64,000 nt of DNA from an uncultured Christensenella sp. GTDB lineage: Bacteria; Bacillota; Clostridia; Christensenellales; DTU072. Position numbers and translations under genes: made by a program. The notes below the pieces were generated by a model, which searched no databases, was not told where the DNA came from, and worked only from the letters and a program-made list of their open reading frames with translations. The stretch lies in assembly GCA_949285605.1 (NCBI GenBank), contig CASDZI010000002.1, positions 14,683 through 78,682 on the forward strand, in the 5' to 3' direction. Of this stretch, positions 1 to 9,244 are shown one piece after another (position 1 is the first letter of the stretch; each line of letters begins with the position of its first letter).

Positions 1-1
1 C

Positions 2-91
2 GTTATGGTAAAGGACGGCAAAGTCGTCTCCCGCTCCGTGGGCGTGCAGACCAAAGACCGTATCCTCGCTATGATAGAGGAAAACAAATAA
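2..91 (+). CDS. 3' end of a probable thioredoxin (truncated by window edge)
   Basis: Frame reads VMVKDGKVVSRSVGVQTKDRILAMIEENK*, resembling the thioredoxin C-terminus; the active site is outside the window. Confidence 0.6.
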   Translation, partial: VMVKDGKVVSRSVGVQTKDRILAMIEENK

Positions 92-135
92 AAAATTAAT
101 CTGTCTTTTCGAATACGGAAATTTTTCCTTGACGC

Positions 136-1677
136 TTACCCGAATATGAAGCTGTAACTTCCTACCGCTTTCGGGTAAGCGAACCATTTATCTTCGATAT
201 GGTCGGCGTCGTCGGGGACCATAAGATAATTGTGATTCAGATACTCCCGGTTGTCTTTGGCTAAAGCGTTGCCCCAGGTGATGTCCACCATATACCAGCG
301 GTTATTGACCTTTACCTTATTCCAGGCGTGCGCTCCGCCGTCCGTCGTTCCCGACACTTTCACCGAATCTATCCCCTCTATCCTCGTAAGACACAGAAAG
401 GCCTTGCTCAGTCCGTCGCAAATGGCTACTCGCTCTTTTTCCGAGAACTTCCCGTTCGAAGTATATCCGAAAACCCCTTCCATATATAAGCATTTATAGA
501 GGAATATCTTATCGCCGTAGCTCTCGTTGTCGGCGATTTTGTCCACGAACTCGTAGTCGTAGATCACCGTATCCACCAGATAGTCGTAGATATTGTGCAC
601 CTTGCTCGCCGCAGAATAGTTGTCGGCGTTGATTTGCGCAAGCACCCTCTTCATTTCGGTATAAAGATAATCGGCGTTACTGCCTTTGACGGGGACGGGA
701 CGGTAACCTTTTTTCATAGCGAAATAAAGTTGATCGCTGCTCGACACGGTGACCGTCTTTTCTATCTCGTCCACCGGGAAGGTCCTGTCGTGACTTCCTA
801 TCTCGTAATGCGCTCCGTTCAACGCCGTGGTGGCGTTGACGTAAATATCCTTGGAATCGGTAATGTATTGCGGATAAATCTGATAACCGAATTTGAAAAT
901 CAAATCGGCTACATCGGTATTCGGATCGTAACTGTAGCCGTAATTATAAGCGGCGGAATCCTCGAAGGACGCCACGGCGCACATTATTTCCGCTTCGAAA
1001 GCCTTGCCTTCGGACACGTCGGACGGATACAGCGAAAGGAAGTCGTACCCCATTTTGATATCGGCGGTGACTTCGTAATAAGACTCGGCGGAAGTAGCCA
1101 CTTCTTTGGCGTTCGGACGGAAAATAAGGGCGTAGGCATAGAACTCGAACAGTTCGTAACGGTCGGCTATATAATAGTCTATATCGCTAAATCCTCCGGG
1201 TACGTTGGCGGTATAAGCGGTATATTCCTCGGCGTTCAACGCCTTGTATTCGGCGGAATATTCCGAATATTTTACGTCGGAGACGATCTTTTTGACGGAA
1301 ACTGTCACGTCGTCGGCATACGTTACGTCGGCTTTCTCCAAAAGAAAATAATTCCCGTCGAACATATCGGCGTTTTTATCGGAAGTATAAGTGACGGTAA
1401 GATCGTCTGCAGTCACCTTGACTTCGTAGCTTTTAGCGTCGTCCTCGTCCCAGAAAGCCACCATTTCGCCGTTACGGAAACCTACGGCGAGGTCGTTTGC
1501 CGAGCCGTAAACGGTATTCTCGGGCAGCTCGTCCGCCCCGAAACCTTTGACGAAATTGAACATGGCGTCGATGTTGTCGAGAATACTCCCCACAACGGTC
1601 AGACACCCGCCGGTAAATACGCAGAGTATCAGCACTACGGCTAAAATTACGGTTAATTTACCTCTCGGTCGGGACAC
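136..1677 (-). CDS. Transglutaminase-like domain protein, membrane-anchored/exported
   Basis: AICDGLSKAF, HAWNKV and VDITW triad motifs; N-terminal hydrophobic segment; GTG at 1677 follows AAAGGAG (ORF track starts at 1698). Confidence 0.8.
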   Translation of the reverse strand: MSRPRGKLTVILAVVLILCVFTGGCLTVVGSILDNIDAMFNFVKGFGADELPENTVYGSANDLAVGFRNGEMVAFWDEDDAKSYEVKVTADDLTVTYTSDKNADMFDGNYFLLEKADVTYADDVTVSVKKIVSDVKYSEYSAEYKALNAEEYTAYTANVPGGFSDIDYYIADRYELFEFYAYALIFRPNAKEVATSAESYYEVTADIKMGYDFLSLYPSDVSEGKAFEAEIMCAVASFEDSAAYNYGYSYDPNTDVADLIFKFGYQIYPQYITDSKDIYVNATTALNGAHYEIGSHDRTFPVDEIEKTVTVSSSDQLYFAMKKGYRPVPVKGSNADYLYTEMKRVLAQINADNYSAASKVHNIYDYLVDTVIYDYEFVDKIADNESYGDKIFLYKCLYMEGVFGYTSNGKFSEKERVAICDGLSKAFLCLTRIEGIDSVKVSGTTDGGAHAWNKVKVNNRWYMVDITWGNALAKDNREYLNHNYLMVPDDADHIEDKWFAYPKAVGSYSFIFG

Positions 1678-1763
1678 GTTTTCTCCTTTGCCATACATTA
1701 ATATAATACTTATATTATATCAATATATGTTACTTTCGTCAAACGAGCCTTAAATAATCTGAG

Positions 1764-4184
1764 TTATTTTTCCTTGATTTTGACCACTTCGTAACCTGCT
1801 TCGGTCACGGCTTTGCTCACGGCTTCGTCCGAGAGAGCCTCCCCCCGAACGAATGCGCATTTCTTTTTCAGGTCGACTTCCGCATCCGTCACGCCTTCCA
1901 CCGCACTCAACGCCTGCTTCACTCTCGCCGCACAATGAGCACAACTCATACCTTTGATCTTGATCGTCTTTTCCATGGCTCCTCCTTTCTTTTCTTTCTT
2001 TCTTCCGTAAGCCGACAACCTTAAAGCGTTCAAGACTACCGTCACCGAGCTTAAGCTCATACAAGCCGCCGCTATCATCGGATCCAATAATTTCCCGAAT
2101 ACGGGATATAACGCTCCTGCCGCAATCGGGATACCTAACACGTTATATCCGAATGCCCAAAACAGGTTTTCACGAATTGTCTTCATAGTCCGTCCGCTCA
2201 GCTTGACGGCGTTTGCCACGTCGGAAAGACTGTTCTTTATCAGCACCACGTCGGCGCTGTCTATGGCTATATCCGTACCTGCTCCTATAGCTATCCCCAC
2301 GTCGGAGGCGGTGAGCGCAGGGGCGTCGTTTATGCCGTCGCCGACCATCGCAGTAACGTATCCTGCCGCCTTGTATTCCGAAACGTACCTTTCCTTGTCC
2401 TGCGGCAAAACTCCCGCTTTATACTCGTCGGTACCTGCTTCGAGGTGAACTTTTTTTGCGGCGGAATCGTTGTCGCCGGTTATCATTACCGTCTTTATCC
2501 CCTTTCCTTTCAGCCGCTTTATCGCTTCTGCCGAGTCTTCTTTTATGCGGTCGGTGATATAGAATACCCCTATGGTCTTCCCCTTCCTCGCCACGTACAC
2601 GGCGGTGAAGCCTTCCTGCTCCTCGTAGGAATTGTCTATCCCGTTTTCCGCCATAAAACGTAAATTCCCGACTAAGCAAAGTTCGCCGTCTATGGTCCCT
2701 CTTACTCCTCTTCCCGCTTCTTCGGAGAAGTTCTCTACTTTCTTAATCTCGGCGCCGTACTCTTCGGCAGCCCTCACCACCGCTTCGCTCAGAGGATGTA
2801 CGCTCAGTCTTTCTAGGGCGAGAGCGGTTTCGTAAAACCCGTCCTCGTCTGCGGCGCTTATCATTTCCACAGCGGGCTTCCCTTCGGTTATTGTCCCGGT
2901 TTTGTCCAAAAGCACGCAGTTCACCTTATGCAGAAGCTCCAGACTTTCGGCGCTTTTTATGAGAATACCGCGTTCCGCCCCCTTCCCCGTGCCTACCATT
3001 ATCGCAACGGGAGTGGCCAGTCCCAACGCACAGGGGCAGGAAATGACCAGTACGCTCACCGCTATCTTCAACGCAAAGGTAAACTGATACCCCGCTATCA
3101 ACCAGGCGACGAAGCAAACGAGACTTATCGCCATGACCGTCGGTACGAATATTCCGCTTATCTTGTCGGCAAGACGGCTTACGGGAGCCTTCGACGAGGA
3201 TGCTTCCTCCACCAGCCTTACTATTTTATTGAGTACGGTGTCTTCCCCCACCGCTTCCACTTTGAATTTTATATATCCGCTCGTCACGAGCGTTCCGCTG
3301 ACGACTTTTCCGCCTTCGCAAACCTCTACGGGTATACTTTCGCCCGTGATGCTCGATTCGTCCACAGCCGCACGTCCTTCCGCAACCTCTCCGTCCAACG
3401 GTATCCTTTCTCCGCTACGCACAGACACCACGTCCCCTACCGCTATCTCCTTCAAGGGACGTACCGTTTCCCCTTCTTCCGTCACCACGGTCGCCGTGTC
3501 CGGCGCAAGACGCAGGAGTTTTTCTATCGCCGAAGCGGTTTTTCCTTTAGAGCGGTTTTCCAGATATTTACCGAGAGTAATCAGGGTAAGTATCATCGCA
3601 GACCCGTCGAAATAAAGATTGCCGACGTATTCGGAAACTAACGAGTCGTTTCCCTTTACCGTCCCGTAAATCATCATGGCGTAAGCGAACAGCCCGTACA
3701 GAAACGACGCTCCGCTGCCCGTGGCGATAAGCGTGCTCATATTCGGCGCACCCTTGAAAAGCGCCTTGAAGCCCGATAGGAAATAATCCTTATTTACGAT
3801 AAGCACGGGCAGAGCAAGGCAAATCTGTATCCCTGCGTAAAGCAAAGGAATATCGGTAAGAAAATCGAGCGGCAACCCGACCATGGGACCCATCGCTATG
3901 ATGAAAAGCGGAACCAGAAAACCTATGCTCCACTTTAATCTCGTAAGAAATCCGTCCTTTTCCTGTTTTACCGCAAAATCATCCCCGTCGGCGACTTTCG
4001 CCCCGTACCCTGCCTTCTGTACCGCACAAATCACCGTCTCGTCGGATATATCCCCGTCCAGAACCAAAGAACGGGTAAGAAGATTGACTTCCGCCTTTTT
4101 GACGCCTTTTAACTTCCTGACTTCCTTCTCCACTCTCGCCGAACAGGCGGAGCAGGTCATTCCGGTAATTTCATACTTTTTCAT
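1764..4184 (-). CDS. copA: Copper-translocating P1B-type ATPase
   Basis: N- and C-terminal GMxCxxC HMA domains, CPCALGLATP, DKTGT, GDGIND, YN...P and MxxSS motifs. Confidence 0.93.
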   Translation of the reverse strand: MKKYEITGMTCSACSARVEKEVRKLKGVKKAEVNLLTRSLVLDGDISDETVICAVQKAGYGAKVADGDDFAVKQEKDGFLTRLKWSIGFLVPLFIIAMGPMVGLPLDFLTDIPLLYAGIQICLALPVLIVNKDYFLSGFKALFKGAPNMSTLIATGSGASFLYGLFAYAMMIYGTVKGNDSLVSEYVGNLYFDGSAMILTLITLGKYLENRSKGKTASAIEKLLRLAPDTATVVTEEGETVRPLKEIAVGDVVSVRSGERIPLDGEVAEGRAAVDESSITGESIPVEVCEGGKVVSGTLVTSGYIKFKVEAVGEDTVLNKIVRLVEEASSSKAPVSRLADKISGIFVPTVMAISLVCFVAWLIAGYQFTFALKIAVSVLVISCPCALGLATPVAIMVGTGKGAERGILIKSAESLELLHKVNCVLLDKTGTITEGKPAVEMISAADEDGFYETALALERLSVHPLSEAVVRAAEEYGAEIKKVENFSEEAGRGVRGTIDGELCLVGNLRFMAENGIDNSYEEQEGFTAVYVARKGKTIGVFYITDRIKEDSAEAIKRLKGKGIKTVMITGDNDSAAKKVHLEAGTDEYKAGVLPQDKERYVSEYKAAGYVTAMVGDGINDAPALTASDVGIAIGAGTDIAIDSADVVLIKNSLSDVANAVKLSGRTMKTIRENLFWAFGYNVLGIPIAAGALYPVFGKLLDPMIAAACMSLSSVTVVLNALRLSAYGRKKEKKGGAMEKTIKIKGMSCAHCAARVKQALSAVEGVTDAEVDLKKKCAFVRGEALSDEAVSKAVTEAGYEVVKIKEK

Positions 4185-4190
4185 ACCGCT

Positions 4191-4219
4191 ATTATACCAT
4201 TATCGGAAGGGAAAAACAA
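4191..4219 (-). promoter_or_regulatory. Sigma-A promoter of copA (TTGTTT-17-TATAAT, extended -10), probably leaderless
   Basis: TATAAT lies 6 nt before the ATG; no SD sequence. Confidence 0.65.
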
Positions 4220-4264
4220 GTATTTTGAATTAAATACTTAATTAAATATTTTTAGTTATACATT

Positions 4265-4294
4265 AAAAAAGGACGGAAAAATCCGTCCTTTTTT
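4265..4294. terminator. Intrinsic terminator after galE
   Basis: A6-GGACGGA...TCCGTCC-T6. Confidence 0.8.
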
Positions 4295-4319
4295 CTGTCG
4301 TTTTCTTAATAAAACGGTA

Positions 4320-5333
4320 TTATTCGCCGTAGCCGTCGGGGTTGGCGGACTGCCATCTCCAGCTGTCTCGGCACATATCGAGCAAGTCTTTCTGCGCGAC
4401 GAAACCTAATTTCTCTTTAGCCTTACTTCCGTCGGCGTAGCAGGCGGCGACGTCTCCGGGACGTCTGGGGACTATTTCGTAAGGAATTTTCCTTCCGCTG
4501 GCTTCTTCGAAGGCTTTGACCATATCGAGGACGGAATATCCTTTGCCCGTGCCGATATTGAAAATTTCCACGCCGTATTCTTCGATGTGTTCCAGCGCTT
4601 TGATATGGGCGTCGGCGAGATCCACCACATGGATATAATCCCTCACCCCCGTGCCGTCGGGAGTGGGATAGTCGTTTCCGAACACTCTCAAGGACTTGAG
4701 CTTGCCTACCGCCACCTGGGTGATAAAGGGCATAAGGTTATTGGGGATACCTCTGGGGTTTTCCCCTATCGTACCGCTTTCGTGGGCACCTACGGGGTTG
4801 AAATAGCGTAAAAGTATGATATGCCAGTCCTTATCGGCGGCATAGACGTCGGAAAAGATCCTTTCCCCCATAAGTTTGGTGGCGCCGTAAGGGTTGGTCA
4901 CTTCGCCTGTCGGCATATCCTCCACCAGGGGCAACGCTTTCGGCGTGCCGTAAACCGTAGCCGAAGAGGAAAACACCAGTCTCTTGCAGTTGTGTTTTGC
5001 CATGACTTCCGCTAAGGCGAGGTTCGCCATAAGATTGTTTTCGTAATAAAGTACAGGGAGAGCGCAGCTTTCCCCCACCGCTTTCAGCCCTGCGAAATGT
5101 ATAACGGCATAAATATCGTTTTCGGTAAAAATCCTGTCCAACATCTCCTTATCCCGACAGTCTCCTTCATAGAAGGTTATTTTTTTACCGGTGAGTTTTT
5201 CCACTCTTTTTATACTTTCGGCGGAACTGTTCACCAAATTGTCCAACGCCACCACCTCATACCCCCTTTCCAGCAGCAAGACGTTGGTGTGGCTCGCTAT
5301 ATAACCGGCTCCCCCGGTGACGAGTATTTTCAT
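4320..5333 (-). CDS. galE: UDP-glucose 4-epimerase
   Basis: GGAGYIA, HFAGLKAVGES, YGATK, LRYFNPVGAH, GVRDYIHV. Confidence 0.96.
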   Translation of the reverse strand: MKILVTGGAGYIASHTNVLLLERGYEVVALDNLVNSSAESIKRVEKLTGKKITFYEGDCRDKEMLDRIFTENDIYAVIHFAGLKAVGESCALPVLYYENNLMANLALAEVMAKHNCKRLVFSSSATVYGTPKALPLVEDMPTGEVTNPYGATKLMGERIFSDVYAADKDWHIILLRYFNPVGAHESGTIGENPRGIPNNLMPFITQVAVGKLKSLRVFGNDYPTPDGTGVRDYIHVVDLADAHIKALEHIEEYGVEIFNIGTGKGYSVLDMVKAFEEASGRKIPYEIVPRRPGDVAACYADGSKAKEKLGFVAQKDLLDMCRDSWRWQSANPDGYGE

Positions 5334-5346
5334 AGAGAACTCCTCC

Positions 5347-5919
5347 TTAATTGAATTTCATTTGCAAAAAAGCGTCCGTTACGTGAAAGGTGTCGCTTAA
5401 AGGCGGATTGAGAGAATACAGATTGAGGTACCCTTTTTCGTCGAAATCCTGCCTGTGGGCGTTGAAGAAAGCGTTATCCGCGTCCCACCCTCGTTCCGTC
5501 AGCTTTTCTATAGGTATAATTATATCACACGTCCAACCCGTTTGGTTAACGCTTATTGCGCTTTTTATAAAATTTTCTCCGAAAAGTTTTATCGAAATAT
5601 CTCCTTTCCCGTCGGAATTTGTAATCAGGGCAAGGTATAAAGCGTTATTTTGATTGACTTCCACTTCGAGATATTTGTTTTTTTCCCCTAACGTAAGCAT
5701 AAGTTCGACTATATCCCCTTCGTATAAGGGGGCGTTAAATTCATTATGCTCGGGACGGAAAAAGTCCTCCCTGCAATCGAAGCGGAAATAGAGATTCTCT
5801 TCGTCGTAGGAGACGTAAAATCTGGTTCGGGTCGACTTTTCTCCGCTGCGGCTGTCCGAAAGAAAGTTCTTGACGAAGGTTTTGCCTACGGGAAAGGTTT
5901 TATCCTGCAAAAAATCCAT
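5347..5919 (-). CDS. Carbohydrate-binding family 9-like (DOMON) protein
   Basis: YDEENLYFRFDC, LYEGDIVEL, YLEVEVN, WTCDIIIP pattern. Confidence 0.7.
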   Translation of the reverse strand: MDFLQDKTFPVGKTFVKNFLSDSRSGEKSTRTRFYVSYDEENLYFRFDCREDFFRPEHNEFNAPLYEGDIVELMLTLGEKNKYLEVEVNQNNALYLALITNSDGKGDISIKLFGENFIKSAISVNQTGWTCDIIIPIEKLTERGWDADNAFFNAHRQDFDEKGYLNLYSLNPPLSDTFHVTDAFLQMKFN

Positions 5920-6958
5920 TTATTATCTTCTCCGTTTGTTTTTTCTTGCGTTCCATATCCTTAAGTAACGCCATCTGCGCCGCCGCTCTCACCAGATTGT
6001 GTTCCGGATATGACACCGGGAAATACACGTCCCCTTCCAGATAATCTGTCAAAAACCGCAATCCGCATTCGAAAGTCATCACCGTCGGACTCAAAGAAAG
6101 CAATTCTCTTTCCGACGGAGTTACCGAATCTTTCGTTTCGGACAGGAACCCTTGACAGAACGCCTCGAAATACGGTAAGGAAAATTCTATCTTTTCCAAA
6201 TCTTTTTCGTCCTCCGCCGCCGTGGTGCCGCCCGAACGCACTGCGTCCCCGAAGTCGTAAAGTAAACTTCCTTTCATCACGGTGTCGAGATCGATCACGC
6301 AGACGGGTTCGTCGGTTTTTTCGTCGAGGACGAGGTTGTTTATCTTGGTGTCGTTATGGGTCACTCTTTCGGGGATACGCCCTTCGGAAAGAGGTCTGCA
6401 TATCGAGGGAGCGAGGAAGAAAAATTCCGAATACTCTTTACAAAGGTCGGCGGCTTTCTCCTTTCTGTCTGAACAGTTTCCGTAAACCGACAAAAATCTT
6501 TTCAGCCTTGCCGAAGTGTCGTGGAAATTCTCTATCACCGTAAAAAGCTCTTCGGAAAAATCGTTAAGATCGGCCTGAAACCGTCCGAAACCTTTTCCCA
6601 CGAGGTACATATCGTGCGCACAGGTCGCTTTTTCGCACACCTTCCCGTCGCAGAATGTCATCAGTCGGTAAAAGCCTCCATTATTATCCTTATAAAAATA
6701 TTTCCCGTCCCGGGTCGGGACGGGGGATACGGTAAACCGTTTTTCGGCAATGTGACGGGTGACTTTGACGACGTTGGACATCATTTTTTCCACGTCGGGA
6801 AAAACCTTATCGTTTATTTTCTGTAAGGTATAACGGGCTTTGTCGGTGGTAAGAAGAAAAGTCTTGTTGATATGACCGTTGCCCATCGGAACGCAGGAAA
6901 GGACGCTCCCTTCGGTGCGGAACGCTGCCGCTATCTCCGCCGAAAGACGCTCGGACAT
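5900..6958 (-). CDS. APH-family phosphotransferase, N-acetylhexosamine 1-kinase-like
   Basis: GNGHINKT, LQKIN, HNDTKINN, VIDLDTV, DFGDAVR, RFLTDYLEGDVYF. Confidence 0.8.
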   Translation of the reverse strand: MSERLSAEIAAAFRTEGSVLSCVPMGNGHINKTFLLTTDKARYTLQKINDKVFPDVEKMMSNVVKVTRHIAEKRFTVSPVPTRDGKYFYKDNNGGFYRLMTFCDGKVCEKATCAHDMYLVGKGFGRFQADLNDFSEELFTVIENFHDTSARLKRFLSVYGNCSDRKEKAADLCKEYSEFFFLAPSICRPLSEGRIPERVTHNDTKINNLVLDEKTDEPVCVIDLDTVMKGSLLYDFGDAVRSGGTTAAEDEKDLEKIEFSLPYFEAFCQGFLSETKDSVTPSERELLSLSPTVMTFECGLRFLTDYLEGDVYFPVSYPEHNLVRAAAQMALLKDMERKKKQTEKIINGFFAG

Positions 6959-7950
6959 TATTTCCTCTCCCAGTTTTCCTTGAATACCTGACGGGAACGG
7001 GCTATACAGAAGTTTCCTTCGGGTATGTCCTTGGTTATGGTGCTGCCTGCGGCGATAAACGCCCCGTTATGCACGGTTACGGGCGCTACAAGGTTGGTGT
7101 TGGCGCCGATAAAGACGTTGCTGCCCACCACGCAGCGCTGTTTGGAAACTCCGTTGTAGTTGGCGAACACCGATCCGCACCCGATATTGGTGTTTTCGCC
7201 CACGTCGCTGTCGCCCACGTAAGCAAGATGCGCCATTTTCACGCCGTCGGAAATATTACTGTTCTTGACTTCCACGAAGTCCCCCACCCGGCAGTAGGCG
7301 CCGATGTTGGCTCCTTTACGCAGACAGGCGAAGGGCCCCACCGTGGTATTGTTGCCTATTTTGGCTTCTATGGCGTAACTGGAACGGATATCCACGTTCT
7401 CCCCGACTTCGGTGTCGATAAGTTCCGTCCCCGAGAAAACAACGGCGTTTTTTCCGATACGGGTCTTTCCGCTCAACGTCACCATAGGATGAATAATCGC
7501 CCCCTCTCCTATCTCCACGTCCAAATCGATATAGGTGGTGGCAGGGTCGTATATCACCACGTTTCTGTCCGCAAATTTCTCTAAAACGTACTCTTTCAAA
7601 CGACCGCTGACAAAACTTACGTCGGCAAGACTCTTAAGCTGAAATGCGTATCGGTGGTCGCATTTTTTGAAACTTCCCTCAAAACCCGCCTTGGTAATGA
7701 ATCCGTCTCCCAGATTGTACGATACCTTCAACGCTTCGCACTCTGCGGCAAGCTGGGCGAGAAATTTTTCGTTCAATAACGGGGTGTCGTTGTATATAAC
7801 GCAATAGTACCCCTCAGCAGGCGCCACGGCGTCTTCGATTTTCTCGATTTCGGTAACGTCTTTCAGAAAATAGTCCTGTACGCCCTTAAGCGTTCTGCCC
7901 GCTACGGTCAGATGCGGAAAACGCTCTTCTTTTATTCTGTATATTTTCAT
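6958..7950 (-). CDS. glmU: GlmU-like protein: intact hexapeptide acetyltransferase domain, degenerate N-terminal domain
   Basis: VGPFACLR, GDFVEVKNS, HLAYVGD, NYNG, FIGANTNLVAPV, AAGSTIT; ATG 7950 overlaps the glmM stop; no LAAGxGTRM motif. Confidence 0.8.
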   Translation of the reverse strand: MKIYRIKEERFPHLTVAGRTLKGVQDYFLKDVTEIEKIEDAVAPAEGYYCVIYNDTPLLNEKFLAQLAAECEALKVSYNLGDGFITKAGFEGSFKKCDHRYAFQLKSLADVSFVSGRLKEYVLEKFADRNVVIYDPATTYIDLDVEIGEGAIIHPMVTLSGKTRIGKNAVVFSGTELIDTEVGENVDIRSSYAIEAKIGNNTTVGPFACLRKGANIGAYCRVGDFVEVKNSNISDGVKMAHLAYVGDSDVGENTNIGCGSVFANYNGVSKQRCVVGSNVFIGANTNLVAPVTVHNGAFIAAGSTITKDIPEGNFCIARSRQVFKENWERK

Positions 7951-9236
7951 AATACTCTCTCCTCTATATATTTTTTGATTTCCGAAGCGAACGCAACGGC
8001 TTTCTCCGTCTGTTCGGCTTCCACGAGAATTCTGATTTTCGGTTCGGTCCCGCTGGGACGCACCACTATGCGGTATTCCGAAGGAACGGAGGAAAGAAAA
8101 GCCCTTATCTCCTCGCTTGCGTTGAATTTCGCCACCGCCTCCTTGTCGCAGATTATACAGTCGCTGACCGACGGACACTCGACGATGTCGTCTGCCTCGG
8201 AGACCCGTTTCTTCATATTCAGGCAAGCCGTCAGAAGAGAGGCAAGGATCCCGTCGCCGGTCTTCAGATAATCGGAAAAAATCATATGTCCGCTCTCTTC
8301 GCCGCCCACGTTATAACCTTTCTTTATCATTTCCCTATACACGCACTTGTCGCCGACAGCGGTGCGTACGAGATTTATGCCCGCCGCCTTACAGGCTTTT
8401 TCGGTACCCAAATTACTCATTACGGTACCCACCATAGTGTTTTCGACCAATTCGCCCCTCGTCATCATATCTTTGCAATGGACGTACATAAGGTGGTCTC
8501 CGTTAAAAATTTTGCCGTCCTGTACGCACATTACTCTGTCGCCGTCGCCGTCGTAAGTAAAGGCTATGTCGTAGTCGGCATCACGGCATTTTTCCAGTAA
8601 AAATTTCGGCACGGTGGCGCCGCAACCGCAGTTGATGTGCACGCCGTCGGTCTCGGTATTGAAGGCGACCGCTTCCGCTCCCGCCCTCGAAAAAAGCTCC
8701 TTCGCTATTTCGCTAGTGGCGCCGTTAGCGGTGTCGAGGAGGATTTTTTGTCCTTTAAGATCGGGTTTTATTCTGTCGAGAAGATATTTTATGTAATGCT
8801 CTTTTCCGTCGATTTCGCTTACCGGTGCCTTAAGGTAACGCAGAAGCATTATCCCTCTTTCGATAGAGTCTTCCACCGCCTGTTCCGTTTCTTTTGACAC
8901 CTTGCTTCCGTCGGAAGCGAAAAGTTTTATTCCGTTGTATTCGGGCGGATTGTGACTTGCCGAAAGCATAATGCCGTAGTCGCAACGGTAAAGAGCCGTC
9001 AGAAAAGCAAGACACGGCGTGGGGATCATGCCGGCAAGCAGCACTTCCACACCGTTTTCGCTCAATACTTTGGTAAGCGTCTTTTCTATTCTTTTTCCGC
9101 TGACTCTGGGATCCCGTCCGATGACCACCTTGCGGCAGTCGGGAAGATAGGCTATCCCCAAAGCTATTTTTCTCAGATATTCTTCGGTAAATTCCTCCGC
9201 TTTACAGCGGATCCCGTCGGTTCCGAAATGCTTCAT
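7947..9236 (-). CDS. glmM: Phosphoglucosamine mutase
   Basis: FGTDGIR, SASHNP, DGDGDR, GGEESGH, RPSGTEP. Confidence 0.93.
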   Translation of the reverse strand: MKHFGTDGIRCKAEEFTEEYLRKIALGIAYLPDCRKVVIGRDPRVSGKRIEKTLTKVLSENGVEVLLAGMIPTPCLAFLTALYRCDYGIMLSASHNPPEYNGIKLFASDGSKVSKETEQAVEDSIERGIMLLRYLKAPVSEIDGKEHYIKYLLDRIKPDLKGQKILLDTANGATSEIAKELFSRAGAEAVAFNTETDGVHINCGCGATVPKFLLEKCRDADYDIAFTYDGDGDRVMCVQDGKIFNGDHLMYVHCKDMMTRGELVENTMVGTVMSNLGTEKACKAAGINLVRTAVGDKCVYREMIKKGYNVGGEESGHMIFSDYLKTGDGILASLLTACLNMKKRVSEADDIVECPSVSDCIICDKEAVAKFNASEEIRAFLSSVPSEYRIVVRPSGTEPKIRILVEAEQTEKAVAFASEIKKYIEERVL

Positions 9237-9244
9237 ACCCTCTC

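Noticed and set aside
4185-4260. CsoR or CopY operator upstream of copA
   Set aside because: No C/G-tract palindrome or TACAnnTGTA box is visible; the CsoR-type site in this window is at 63931.
7951-8226. N-terminal extension of the glmU ORF that might restore full length
   Set aside because: It overlaps glmM in another frame and has no nucleotidyltransferase motif; the ATG at 7950 has an RBS.
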